DNA of 64,000 nucleotides from Tubiluchus corallicola (taxonomy: Eukaryota > Animalia > Priapulida): positions 434,001-498,000 of the forward strand of contig JAQGDQ010000109.1 in NCBI GenBank assembly GCA_030141605.1, written 5' to 3'. Each line of letters opens with the position of its first letter. Within the stretch, counting starts at the first letter, position 1. A program made the position numbers and the translations under genes. The notes below the pieces were generated by a model, which was not told the DNA's origin, searched no databases, and saw only the letters and a program-made list of their open reading frames with translations. Of this stretch, positions 1 through 12,458 are shown piece after piece.

Positions 1-2763
1 GAAAAACAAGCCATATGGCTAATCATTGAGCGTGCTGGGCACCAAATTTGCAAAAATCTGCACTTTCAGCATACCGAAATAATTTTAGTAATGCCACAAA
101 CACATTTTTGGCTGAAGTCTACATGACCTACTATATCTTCAGTTCTTTCATCTGTGTATCTGCCCTTTTTAATTCTGCCTTTTCTCGAAATTACTTTTTC
201 TTTTGAAAGCTCTCATAGACTACATTTTTGTATTGGTAATATTTTTTGCTTAAAATCATTTGAAAGCCAACCCCCTCACTTTAAGCGGATTTTAAGGGTC
301 ACTTGAACTAAACGCCCCTAAAAGAGAATTTACTGAACTAGTTTACTTGGTCGGCAGACACCACTTTCAGCCTTCTTGCGAGAAATACTCGGCCAAGGAT
401 GGCAGCGAATTGCTAACACCAACGATTCAGGTTTTTTTAAAGAACCGAACGAATTTACTACCACTTTCCCAAACCAGGATTGCGTACAATTACGAATGCC
501 ACATACTGACTTTCTCATCTGACCAGCGAGCGCGGCTTAGTAAAAAGCAAGTTAAGCAACCTCGTGAACAAACAACTATTGATCCAGGATACCTCCCAGA
601 GGAGTAATGGAAGTCAGTGCAAACCATTTCGTGCTCTTGTAATAAGGACGTCTATACTTGTAATGGTAATTTAAGGGAAATAGTAAATGTCATCAATCGC
701 ATGTGCATGCGCAGTCTATTACAACTAAATAGCATTTGAGCGCGCTGAAACAAATAATTACAGACACTGGACCTTTTCTGCATAAAAAGTTCGTTGGGTA
801 TTTTTTACATTTGGTGACAAATAAATTACCCTGGAATTTCTCAGCACTCGGCACATATACCATAGTAGTGCAGAGCTCATCCGTCAATTAAACTAGCTAA
901 AGTCGTGTAGGTTACCCAGGCAGTTTAATCTGACTTTGTAACAAAAATTAATTATGTAATTACTTTCATCAGCAAAAACGGCAAAATACTGATGAAACTT
1001 TTTACATAATTAGGTTGTTTTTCGCAAGCCATAATTTTAATTTTAATGAGTGTAAACAGATCCAGAGACACCATCGTTGTTTGTGGTTTCGTTGTTCTGC
1101 AACAGCAAAAGACCTACGTGTATTTTTTGTCCGTGCAAATTATTGACAAGCTGCATTGGTAAGCATGCACTGCGCATGTGCAATTTATATTCATGGGCCA
1201 ATTTAGAAAATAAAGCTGACTTATAATTTACATTAATAACACGTTGAACAAGCATTCACTTTTACTTCGGCGAGATCAAAAGATTCATTGTCTCCCGGTA
1301 GCAGGTGCTGCGTAACGGCAAATTAATTAGTTTCTCAAGTTTACTTTACTATCGCATAACTCCCTGCCGAATGCGTGAAAATTTCTTGTGCAAATTCTAA
1401 GAAGAAAAATTGGGCCCGCCTGAATACCAAACATAACAGAAAACAAATTAAACTCTCAAATGCTATAAAATAAATAAATGCGTACTCGCAACACCGTTTT
1501 ACGACGCGAAGTAGCTCTGCCTTTTCCCATAAAACCGGGAAGGAAAAACAACAAAGATTCGAAACTATTTGATGCGACACAGAAGATTTTAAATGCGCAA
1601 ACATTGCATTACTTGCCAGTGATATTTATGAGAGAAGTGGGTTTTACAACGACTTATTAAACTATAATAAGAATCCCACACATGCTGCTAATTTAACAAA
1701 TTCAACATTACTTTGAAAGACAGCAAAAAATTGTGGGTATCAGATCACATTGCAATTCGTAGAAATTTTCTAACTGAATTCAAGCTACAGCGTTCACACA
1801 ACCTATATAATAAATACGACACAAATGCTGTTCAATTTTTAGTGCATTCTGTAATGTTTGCCACGCTGTTCAGTTAGGCCAGCAAGTCAGCATTAATAAC
1901 CTTTAATAATAAATTGCCAGCTAATTAAAAGCCGTTTAAATACGGAGGGGCGCTTTTCTGTGATGATAATAGAATGACAGCAAAACTGCTACCGTCGAGC
2001 CCGAAATGTTGGATCCTATCTGATTTTTTATTTTTTATTGACATGAGAACATTTTTCCAACAACTTGTAGAAATGGCGTAATATATGTAACCCTCTGCAA
2101 CCTGAATCTCGCTGAGAAAATTCTTAAATTTAGTAACGGCTCTGGCAAAGTTCAAGTCAGGAATGTTTTAGCAGCAAAAAATGAGTTTTGGGTGCATTTC
2201 ACTTATTCGAAAAATTCAAAAATTAGAAGTCAATAACAATATACAGAACACAAGTGAAAACACAAGTGACTTGGTGAGTGTAATCGGGAGTACAAAAATA
2301 TGACAGAAAATTGATTTTGTATAACGAAGCCCTCGTGCTGTTTGCGCTTCAACAGGGATTGAGAATGATGCCTCGAAGGTCAGTTAGGCAATTCCTTTCA
2401 TTTCGTTTCGCATTTCCAAAAACTAATTACTACCCAAACCAATTTATATTTAATGACTACGATGATGGTGAAGACAATGACAGTGGGCTGATGAATGACG
2501 GTGTCACTAAAACGGAAAATGTAGAAGTGGTGCTGATGACAGTGACGAGGGTGTTCGTTATAGAGGCTGAGGCAACGGCAACGATGACATGACGGCAGTA
2601 ACACCCAATGTGAATGACCAGTTGGTCTCCAAGTGATATTTGCATGTCTAAGTCCTCGTAAAAACAAAAAAAACATGTTACAGCGCAGATAAACCAAAAA
2701 ATAATAAGTAAATTAGACGACAATCGGAGGGCAACAAGAGGCTTAGCAAGAAAAATAGCTTAC

Positions 2764-3449
2764 CTGCACTTTCCGCCATTGTAGCATTGAGTAATACCGT
2801 TCTTGGGATCACAAGCCGGACCGTACTGACATTGGTCGCCGTAGTACGTCGGGAAACACCTGCAGTAAAAATCCTCGTAGTCGGCAGACACCAGACAATC
2901 ACCCAGATATGAGCATTCAAACACAGCGCAGCTATGTTTCTTGATGGGTTCATTCCAGGACAAGACCTCGTACGTAATATTAAAGCCATACACGTCTAGA
3001 AGGTACTCGTCGACGCGTAGATTCATGTTATCCATATCTGTGATGTCGAGTCTTAACAAGAGATATGGTTTGTCGGCTGTTAATGAAACGATGTCAGTGG
3101 TTTCGATATTTAATTCACCGAAATCACTCCTGCCCACGAACAAAGACTCGTCATTGTAGAACTGATACTCGGAGGCAAAGAAGCCACCTCTGAGGTAATA
3201 CTGCGTGAAATAGACGACAATCTTTTTTCCTGCTCCCGCTTTTATCAACCATTTGCACTCAATGGGCACAGGAAAAGCTTTTGGGAAGTTAGGCGTTGAT
3301 ATAACCCCACGAGTGGCGTTGAGGATGCCCCCACACCGGTATCGCGACCCCGGGCGGGAGTATCGAGAAGCTGAGTTCGAACTTTGAGTCAGCATGCAGA
3401 TGAGAAAGAGGAGCACCGTTAGTGTGTTGACTACTGTTGTCATCATCAT
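2764..3449 (-). CDS. CUB-domain + EGF-like protein, first coding exon (3' partial)
   Basis: ORF 2760-3449 encodes a signal peptide (LTVLLFLICMLTQS), a CUB domain (CGGILNATRGVISTPNFP..CKWLI..GFNITY), an EGF repeat (C..C..C..CRC......QC) and the start of a second EGF (CYNGGKCR). It ends at an AG|GTAAG donor (phase 2) at 2764/2763. A candidate upstream acceptor at 3479/3478 suggests a non-coding 5' exon. No downstream exon was recognised in 1-2760. Confidence 0.9.
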
Positions 3450-3834
3450 CGTGGTCTGTCGCCGCCAGGTTGAATCACCTGTTTATTTCTACGTCCCTGT
3501 GGACCACCCATCACGCATCAACGTCACATGACGCACCTACAATCACATAAAATCCAATTATTTCAGGTGCATATTCCCTTAATTGGATTACTGTTTTAGC
3601 AATGGCGTGGATGTGTGAGCAATGATAAATAAGAAAAGGTCAATGCTGTGAATGAGCGAAATTGCACCTGCGGGAAGCATGCAGCGCAAATAACAAATTT
3701 CCACTAATTGCAGTAATCCTGAGATGAAAATGCCTATAACTGCAATAATTATGATTACGAATGTTGCCGTGGCTCGTGTTGTTGTTTCCTCGTCATCAAC
3801 GTCTTGCTTCATTAGTTTGGCTGTTATTTGTTAA

Positions 3835-4504
3835 AGGACAAAAAAGGGGCACCTGAAGTAGGTTTCAGAAAAATCGTCTTAAAAATTATACTACTTTACA
3901 GCAATTTTATGCACATATTGTATTCGCGTGGGAAGGAATTTTTGTTTGTTTTCATTTTAAATCTCCCGCAATACTGTTCCGACTGCGCCATTACATGACG
4001 TCACTACGCCGCGTAAATCAGGGGAAGAAAAGGCAATGTTAAATTATGACCCCAAAAAACTTTCCGTGCAAATCTATATTACTTAGCATTTCACTTACCT
4101 GCTGGAAAGACTTATGTAACTAGACTAATAATTTAAAATGTTTGTGCCAATTGGCAAAATATCGCTGACTCACCCTCCGGGGTGCGCCACTCACCAGCCA
4201 AAAAATGTATTTTTAATCTTATTGACAAGATGCAGTAATTTAAAATTTTACTTAATTAGCAACATATATGCTACGAATGCTCTGATTATTTTTTAAAACT
4301 TTACTTAATGTTATCTAAACTTGTTTCAAACGACCTACCAATAAAATGGCTGCGCCTAGCGGTCATAGCGGAAGTTTAAATTTACACGTTTTAACAGCGT
4401 TATGGCTGATGCAAGCCATGCATACGAAAAGGTAGTATGTAAGTGGTATAAAATTTCAAGACGAATTTTTTAAGCTTTATGTAAGTGGAGGGTTTTCTTG
4501 TGCT
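3835..4504. mobile_element. Degenerate non-autonomous DNA transposon, Kolobok-like (TTAA-flanked), copy 1
   Basis: Flanked by TTAA at 3831-3834 and 4505-4508. Bases 4020-4504 align by eye with 16150-16464 (shared ttacttagcat, aagacttatg.aactaga, gttat.taaacttgtttcaaac, acgaatttttt...tgctttaa), and both copies end at the same tgctttaa. TIRs are weak. Confidence 0.5.
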
Positions 4505-4638
4505 TTAAATTAAATTACCGCCAAGTTAACGATGTTGCGCATTAGTCAAGGCTTTCTATAACTAAACATCTTATACATAAACACTAGTACTGATAAAACT
4601 CAGGAATTTCGAATTTAGGCATTTTGTAGTTAAATCTG

Positions 4639-4745
4639 GGGTCGGTTTCACAAAGTTGTCACTAAGTTAACGACGTCATTATTACATTCTCTTAACTATT
4701 AATAACGACGTCGTTAAGTTAGTGACGGCTGTGTGAAACCGGCGC
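4639..4745. mobile_element. Palindromic MITE, PIF/Harbinger-like, 3-bp CTG TSD
   Basis: 107-bp near-palindrome (GGGTCGGTTTCACAAAGTTGTCACTAAGTTAACGACGTC ... GACGTCGTTAAGTTAGTGACGGCTGTGTGAAACCGGCGC) with CTG on both sides (4636-4638, 4746-4748). Confidence 0.75.
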
Positions 4746-5221
4746 CTGGACACTAAATTTGGACTGCTTAATAATCTTTGACATTCTTATTTTACTGTTG
4801 GCAAATGGTACTTCGCAATCTGAAAGTTAATCTAAATACTTGTTAACTGGACTTACTAAACTACTGATCATCTTTAACAAAGAACCCACGCGCGCTAAAA
4901 AGGTAGTAAGTTGGAGTCATTGACTGCAGATACATGATAATTTGTAACCAGGAAATTTAAAATGTGAACACTTGGGAACTTCATGGAGTCTTAAAGTCAG
5001 ATAAGCATAAACACTGGGTAACTGTTAGCAAGATTTCACTTGCCAAGTGGCTACGTTAAGCGTCACTAATATCTATACTAAAAAGTTTGTTAACCAATGG
5101 CACTAGTTACGAAACAATAAATCACCACAGATGTCACACTTTCTAAATGTACGGATTTCAAGAACCCAACGTAATTAAAATGGCAAAGTATCTAAGAATT
5201 TGGTGCGTGGTTCCTTTTGAT

Positions 5222-5628
5222 GGTATCCACCTATTTCGCCAATGGTACAATTCGCCAGTGGTACAGCTCGCCAGTAAAACATTTTGACAGTGCACATTTT
5301 GCAAGGAAAATTTCTCTGCTCTATTCCATTATCATTTCCTTTTCTATTCAACAAATTTTTCATTTTGTTAATGATGCTTTTCGCCAGAGAAAATCGTCTC
5401 TGCTACATTTTCACATCATTTACTTTTCTACTCAAATGTTTCGGTTCGCCAGTGGTACATTTCCCCAGCTACGTGTTATCTTTATACAATGTCATTAATA
5501 TAATACATAGCCACTGTCAAGGCGTTTGCTGGTGAAATATACCACTGGCAAAATGTACCACTGGCGAACTGTATTACAGGCGAACTGTACCACTGGCGCT
5601 TTGTGCATTGGCGAAGTGACATACATTC
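5222..5628. mobile_element. Foldback-type element with inverted arms made of ~15-bp tandem units
   Basis: The left arm repeats TTCGCCAGTGGTACA and the right arm repeats its reverse complement (TGTACCACTGGCGAA). The right end is TACATTC, shared with 9675 and 39677. No TSD was found. Confidence 0.6.
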
Positions 5629-6240
5629 ATCCAACTTATATGGCACCCTGCATGGTATATAACAGCTAGCACAGCACCATGACGCAAAATCCAGATACAA
5701 TTCACCAAACTACCCAGGTTAGTTTCCCCAGAAATCACTTGTACTCTTTGTTTTTTTCTCTAATCTGTGCTTCCCGCTGCAACAAAAATAAACTGAACAC
5801 TTTCAATACGTAACTTGGTTTCAATGTCAGGGAGGACTAAAATTTGTGCTCCAAATGCAACAACAGCCCAGGTGTTATTAATAATAAGCACACGCAAGTC
5901 ACGCTGAATACCCGTTAGAACCGAGTTCGTCCATAAGCGGCTATAAGACAACATTGCAGACTTCGAACAATATAATAATGAAAGCTAGGATTACAAATCG
6001 CGAAACATTGCGAATGGGAAAAATAGGATTAACATGCACACGAATGACAAGGATTCTATAACCATAGTGCTACTGTAAATGAATTGAAGTGAGTTGAGTC
6101 GTTTATTGCAGAACCAAAGTTCCATATTACAACATGTAAACATGAAAAAAATAATAACAATACACATATATCACTATATCAAAGAAAAATTAAATAATAC
6201 AAATAATAATACAAAATACGACTATATGCCTATGTACACA

Positions 6241-6267
6241 AATAATAATAATAATAATAATAATAAT
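6241..6267. repeat. (AAT)n microsatellite
   Basis: Nine perfect AAT units. Confidence 0.9.
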
Positions 6268-9200
6268 ACTAAAAATCATTTCTGCAAGGGCATGTTAAAT
6301 TCAAAGTTCACAATAAACAGAGTTTGTAGCCAACTCATTATGTATAATATTTCAAATTAATTCAATTTGTAATGTTTCGGTATATTAATTCGTGTAAAGC
6401 GAAACTATCGACGACATAAACGATAACACAAAGAACAAAAATAAACATTTCAACAATAACTTTTAACTGCTGTAACGCATACTTCTTGAACAATCCTATA
6501 CTCGATTACTATATGCACTTATATAATTAGGTAGCACCAAGCGTGAACGACCAGCAGCCTTACTTATGTAATCATGGCAGTAATAATATGGCTTCGCTTC
6601 GCATTAAACCAGTATTACTGTACATATTTACCATACACTACCATGTGCAGCACTAGTCATGTTCCCATACACAATTAAAGAGCAGTAGTTTAGCAGTTTT
6701 CATATACCTATCAAACATTTCGTTTGACATGAGTTTCCATGCAATTTCACAATAAAATGTAAAAATAAATGCGTTCACGCCCGACGATTATTTCTAACAT
6801 AGTTATTCCTTTCCATTTCCTTTTTTCAGAATTGAATCGGCACACAGTTAAAAAATAACAAGACCCATATTTACAGAAAACTTGCCAATAGGTCAGGCGC
6901 ATAGTTCTCTTAACAGCAAAATTATGTAATTTACTTTTTCTAAATTTTAAAATAGCAAGAAGCTTAAACTTTCGTACATACAATACATTACTGTGCGTGA
7001 GACCGCTTTATATGGTTCATAACGAAAAAGACCGTTCTGTAATTCGATACTAAATATTTCGTATTAAAAATGGCAATGTTAATTAGAGGAGACTTCGCGA
7101 CATATGAAATCATAAATACAGACAAAACAAATTTTCTTGGGCCATTTTACACACAGGCATGAAAACTGGTGCATAAGCGGTTTGTCGTTTACAAATAGGC
7201 GTTGAAATAGTCTAAATGGCCGTAGTGATCGATTTTTTTTCGAAACGTGATTTGAAAATATCGGATAATAGTCGACTCAAGTTCCCAAGAAGCTCTAAGT
7301 CCCTAACTGGCGTTCAGAAACTAATTAAACAATTTAACACAAAGCTTACAAAACACTATATGAAGCAAAATTCCTATACTGATCACTATACAGCATTGCT
7401 ATAAAAAACTTAAATATTATACACCTGTGGTACACCAAGATCGCCGCTTCGCTATGAAAACTGCAAAAGAGGTACAAGAAACACATCTACTGGATCGGTG
7501 ACTCACCTTATCCTTGGTATCCAAGCTACAGCCATGCCAGTAATGACCTTTCTCTTAAAGGCTGATGTACTGTGTGCGAAAATGTGCAAAAAATGCAAGG
7601 ATAAATTAACAAACTATGGCTGTTTTAATTTTACTGTGAAATCAAGTTTGGAAAGAAGTCTACGTGAATCGCGATAGCACATCAAAAGCGCGAATGTAAA
7701 AGTTAAACATGCAGAAGTAAAGCTTACTGCAAGATGACGTAAAACGGTCTACTGTATAGTAAATATTACGTTTTCTAAGTATTTATACCTGGCAGCCAGT
7801 ACTTTTAATAAAATAAAATTTACCTGCATGTTGACTTTCATTTGTTATTTACATTAGGCTTGCTTTCTACGTTAAGCACGCACCCACACTGGTATAATCT
7901 CACTTTTCACTTACTGGTAATCACGACTGTATACGCTGAAATTAGCCAACTATTGTACACACATCCAGCGCTCACACGCGAGTGTTGAACAAATGAAGCA
8001 CGTACTACGTCTCCGTCACTCTCAGCATGCGCTTTTGACTGCTGAATCCCGGGTTGTGCCGCGCAGCTATTGTTCGAGCAAATCAATAGATTAGATTACA
8101 CCAACCGTCAGCTTCACATTATAAACTATACTTCGATTATCAATGTCACTACTAAGCAGTCCGAAACCTGGTATAATGTTATCTGCAAGAGACGTCCGTT
8201 ACTGTGCTCCCGATATTTCTTACCTCAGAAAAGGCATTTTGTCATGTTCGTTTCCTGTTTTTTCCTTATTATATTTTGGAATGCCGCTAATGCCGTCCCG
8301 CAAAAATCAGGAATCCTAATTTGCGCTCATTGACTAAAAATTCATTAAACCAGCTACATGTATATCAGCTAATTAGTGTACCTAGCAGTTACATGTTGAA
8401 CTGCCAAGAAAGAACTAAACACTGAAATTTGCAAGACAAGATATACCTATCATTATGGTCGAGAACTGAACTAAAGAGCTTGACAATGCGCCGATAGCAC
8501 GGCTGCATGACTTCGACGCGTACTTAGTAAGTTCCACAACTTGTCTTCATTGCTATTCCTATATTGTAAGTACTTCCTAAAAACCCTCTAAACTAGGTTT
8601 ATCGTCATTTGTTTCCTTTACTGGCAGAACACTGATATGACTTTTATGACTGGTGCCATTAATCATTAAATAGTTTATTTTTACTTACGCTTTATCTGCA
8701 GTAGAAAATGAATAAAAAGTACAGTTATTATAAAGTCAATAAGTTGTTAAAGCTAAAAACAAATTTAATCTGCAAATAAAAGACGCACAGTAAATACAGC
8801 AAATATAGTCTTTTATGCAGTTCGAAATGGTGTAAGCTTGTATCTAGCAGGTTACTAATTGCGCTGACGTTCGTGGTAGGACCGAAACATATCTCAGTGT
8901 CAAGGATCAGATGACACAGTGAATAGACAGATGGCGTCTCAATTACGTAAGGATGTGTACACCACCTTCATCCCCCCTCAGCGAGGCAAATAGCCGGTAG
9001 ACAGTATGAAATACGAGAACATTTAGAAGCGAACCTAGACACGCAGACGCCTAACAGACACCCGTCCATTTATCAACCAGGCCCAGTGTTGCTGATGTCG
9101 CCAAGCATATACCGTTCTCAATCACTATTTCCCTCGCCTGATAAAAATTACGAAGCTTGGCTACCGTAAGGCGGCCAGACGTCTTTCTCTTAAAAAGACA

Positions 9201-9474
9201 GTCCTGATTTTGGGCACTATGTCCTTCGTCTTTCTTAACCGTTACTTTGCTCTTCTTTTTGTGGTCTAAAATTTATATAAACTGCCGTTCATATATTTTA
9301 AGTTTTCAGACAGCGAGAAATTCAGAAACCGAGAGCCGAGAACTGTAATTTTTATTACAATTTTATACAGCTGTAGTTGGCTGCACTACTACAGTATGAA
9401 CAGTATCACGTGACTAAAGTCAAACAAAACAAAACCTCTTACACTAAAAAGATAAAGAATTATTTAAATGCACC

Positions 9475-9508
9475 ATCGTCATCATCATCATCATCATCGT
9501 CGTCGTCA
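9475..9508. repeat. (CAT/CGT)n microsatellite
   Basis: Direct read; it produces the spurious poly-His and poly-Ser ORFs here. Confidence 0.85.
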
Positions 9509-9590
9509 CTATTGCTACCGTTATTGCTACATTTGTTCTTCCGTTGCTGTTATTGTTACAATATTTTGTAATGAGACATTTTTTCTGTTT

Positions 9591-9676
9591 AGTACCAAAT
9601 TTTTCAGCACCATACTTTACATATACCAAATTTACCTGTACCAAAGTACAGTCGGTACCAAACTTGCCTACATTCC
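9591..9676. mobile_element. Solo foldback arm (~15-bp TACCAAA units ending CCTACATTC)
   Basis: Repeated gtaccaaa(t)tt units; the terminus resembles 39605-39677. Confidence 0.45.
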
Positions 9677-9906
9677 TTGGAAACTGAAAGTCCGCATTAA
9701 AGCAGCGTTTCCAAACCAGAATTATGGAAGAAACAGGCTGCCAATCCATTCATGCCCTTAAAACTATGTACATTGTACAGTAAACACTTTTTGTGTCTGC
9801 GACCGTTGAAACCAATGTTTTCCAACAATCACAAACTTGAATTTTCTACAAAATGTCTATAGAATAATAAGTAGTGCAAATGCAGTGAAGCTTTTTTAAT
9901 CTCACT

Positions 9907-10130
9907 TATCCGTTAGACGAGCATCTGCCTCCAAGCGACGGCTTCTTTTGTTGGGCGGTAAATCTTCTCAAGATGTTGAGCATCAAAGTAAAACGCCACT
10001 AAAAGCTATTGTACGTCCAGCAGCTTCTCTGTCAAGTAAACGTGGCTCGTCCACTGATTGACTGTGTTACAGCAGCAAGAAAATTAATCACATCATCTTC
10101 TCATCTATTGGGCATGTTGTAAGTTATTTT
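9907..10130 (+). pseudogene. Decayed hAT transposase C-terminal dimerization-domain remnant
   Basis: The frameshifted translation ..FFCWAVNLLK.. / PAASLSSKRGSSTD*LCYSSKK resembles the hAT W..N..P.L / PATSxxSERxFSxAG motif. A hAT-like end (TAAGGCGGCCAGACGTC) lies near 9167. Confidence 0.35.
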
Positions 10131-12150
10131 TAAGTCTTAAGATAACAGTATTTTCTATAAGTTTTATAAGTTTTATTTATCATCATTACAACCAAAAGGT
10201 TGAATTACAGTACAGCTTAAAATTGCTGTAATTGCTTAAATTGCGTAAAAATTGCTTAAAATATAAAAATATTAATAATAATTATAAAAATATAACAGTA
10301 TTGGAAGCGAAATCTGTTAAGGGCAAAACTGAGAAGTTGAAAATAAGTTCTACGTGAAACACGTGTGGAAATGTGGAAACTTAATCACTATTTTACTGCA
10401 TTTTCTGCTGCCAGATCTCACAAATCTGCAATTTACGGCTTTGCCTTCAGTGGTTCCAAATCAGTAGTCTCGAAACTATAATTTCAGGCCTGTGGGGCTG
10501 CGAATGCACTACAATTTTCTAAAATCAATTATAAAAAGCTGTTACAGCTTACATTTAAATTTTTAGTTCGTGCTAGCAAAAGAGGTATGTGACACTAGAA
10601 ACATCCATGTAAGTAGCAGTCTCTTTAATATGCAAGTACTAATTTGTCCCATGAAGCTTCTAAAGTAATTATTTATTAAATTTAACTCTGAAAAGCTCTT
10701 CTTTTCAGAAGCTACATTTACCTGAATTACTAAAACAGCGCTAACGACGAACACACTTTGATCATTTGAACACGAATGCTCAAATTTAGATATTTTTGTC
10801 AGTTAAGTGTTTTGCTTTCTTGTAGCCCCACTCATTCCACCTACCTCTCTTTCCCTTATTAGTTGTACAGAACTACACAAACTAATATAAAAGAACTTAT
10901 TTAGAACCTACCCAGGAGGCTCAACTAATCTTACTGTTGTAATTGTAGTAACAACAGTAGTAACTTCTAAATTTACAATTGGGTGCTACATGCAATGTAG
11001 TTTAATGCTATGATAACGTGGTATAATAAATGTTTACTTAGAATCCCAGAGACGTCAGAAACCCAGACATGCAGAGACAAGTTTCTAAGCATCTATAGCA
11101 CTATGTTGCAGCAGGTGATAGCATCAGAATTATGCTTGAATATTACAGAGCGTCCAGTAATTTACTAGACGTAACGCATAAATTTCATGTATAACCATAA
11201 TAATGGATTACCTTGACGTAATATACAGCTCGTAACTTATACAGGCGACACGCCTTTGACATTATGAGATGTGTGTGTTAAAACCTAAAGGGTAAATAAA
11301 AAACACCAAAAGCTTGCAGACAAACTGAAACAGCGTACAGAATACGACTTTGCGCTGATCACAAACACAATAATCACGAATATCGCTTGCGTATTGCTGT
11401 TGTTGCATGATCAACGGCCCACTTGCAAGGGGTTCACCTTCCCAAGGGCCTACATGCAATTGCAGGAACTGCGGGCTACTGTATTACAAACTACTTCGCG
11501 TGAGCTCCCATCTCATTTCCAAATAAGGTTTTCATCATCTTCACCAGCTTCATCAATAACATCATCTCGCTATTGTTACTACAGTTATGTGTCAATTTCT
11601 GCATCCTACATTTACTGCATTATTGTTCGTCAAGGATCCGTAGAGAAAAAACATAACCAGAAAAAATTTCCACCCCTGGTATGTAACTTCAACTTAACAA
11701 ACTCTTTCCTTTTTGCACCTCTTGCCTGGCTATTACTGAAGTGTATTCAGAAATATTGCCAAGGGAACTAATCACTCACGAGCAGACAAATAGCTTCTGA
11801 AAAGTCAAACATTTTTGAACATAGACAGATAATAGCGATATCTGCATGGTTTTCAGTGTCAGACCAAAAGTGTGTATTTCTTTGATGTGATGAATATTAT
11901 ATATTGTTATGCCACATTAAGTTGCGCTGTGTCACATTACATCATATAGGATATCATATGCTATATTATATGCTCTCATGTCCTTGGCTCTCATATATCA
12001 ATTTACATACGTTTGCGTATACTTATTGTACTCTATCACGTCATTGCTACGTATTTAGTGCGGCATATGATTGGGCTTCGTGTATATGTAGGCCTACGCA
12101 ACGGCTTGGATAATGGCTGCACTTCTGCATTGAATAGGTATTCTAATCTT

Positions 12151-12458
12151 AACACTATCAGATACGATAAACCCGCACATAGAAGCGTTTTCCAGCTGCA
12201 TTAATGGAAACTGTCGTGTACGCATTACGCATCACGCAGCGCTTGTTGCGGAAACACTACCAGATACGATAAACCCACACATAGAAGCGTTTTCCAGCTG
12301 CATTAATGGAAACGGTCGTGTACGCATTACGCAGCACGCAGCGCTTGTTGCGGAAACACTATCAGATACGATAAACCCGCACAGAGAAGCGTTTTCCAGC
12401 CGCTTTAATGGAAACCGTCGTGTACGCATTACGCAGCGCGCAGTGCCTGTTGCCGAAA
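12151..12458. repeat. 102-bp minisatellite, 3 copies
   Basis: Unit starts AACACTA(T/C)CAGATACGATAAACCC at 12151, 12253 and 12355; copies are nearly identical. Confidence 0.92.

Noticed and set aside
330-2723. Short ORFs downstream of the CUB exon as possible next exons
   Set aside because: None gives the expected second half of an EGF repeat (CxC...C) in phase 2 after a good acceptor; the next exon is probably outside the window.
12151-12458. Possible CRISPR array
   Set aside because: Whole units repeat with no unique spacers, there are no cas genes, and the context is eukaryotic.
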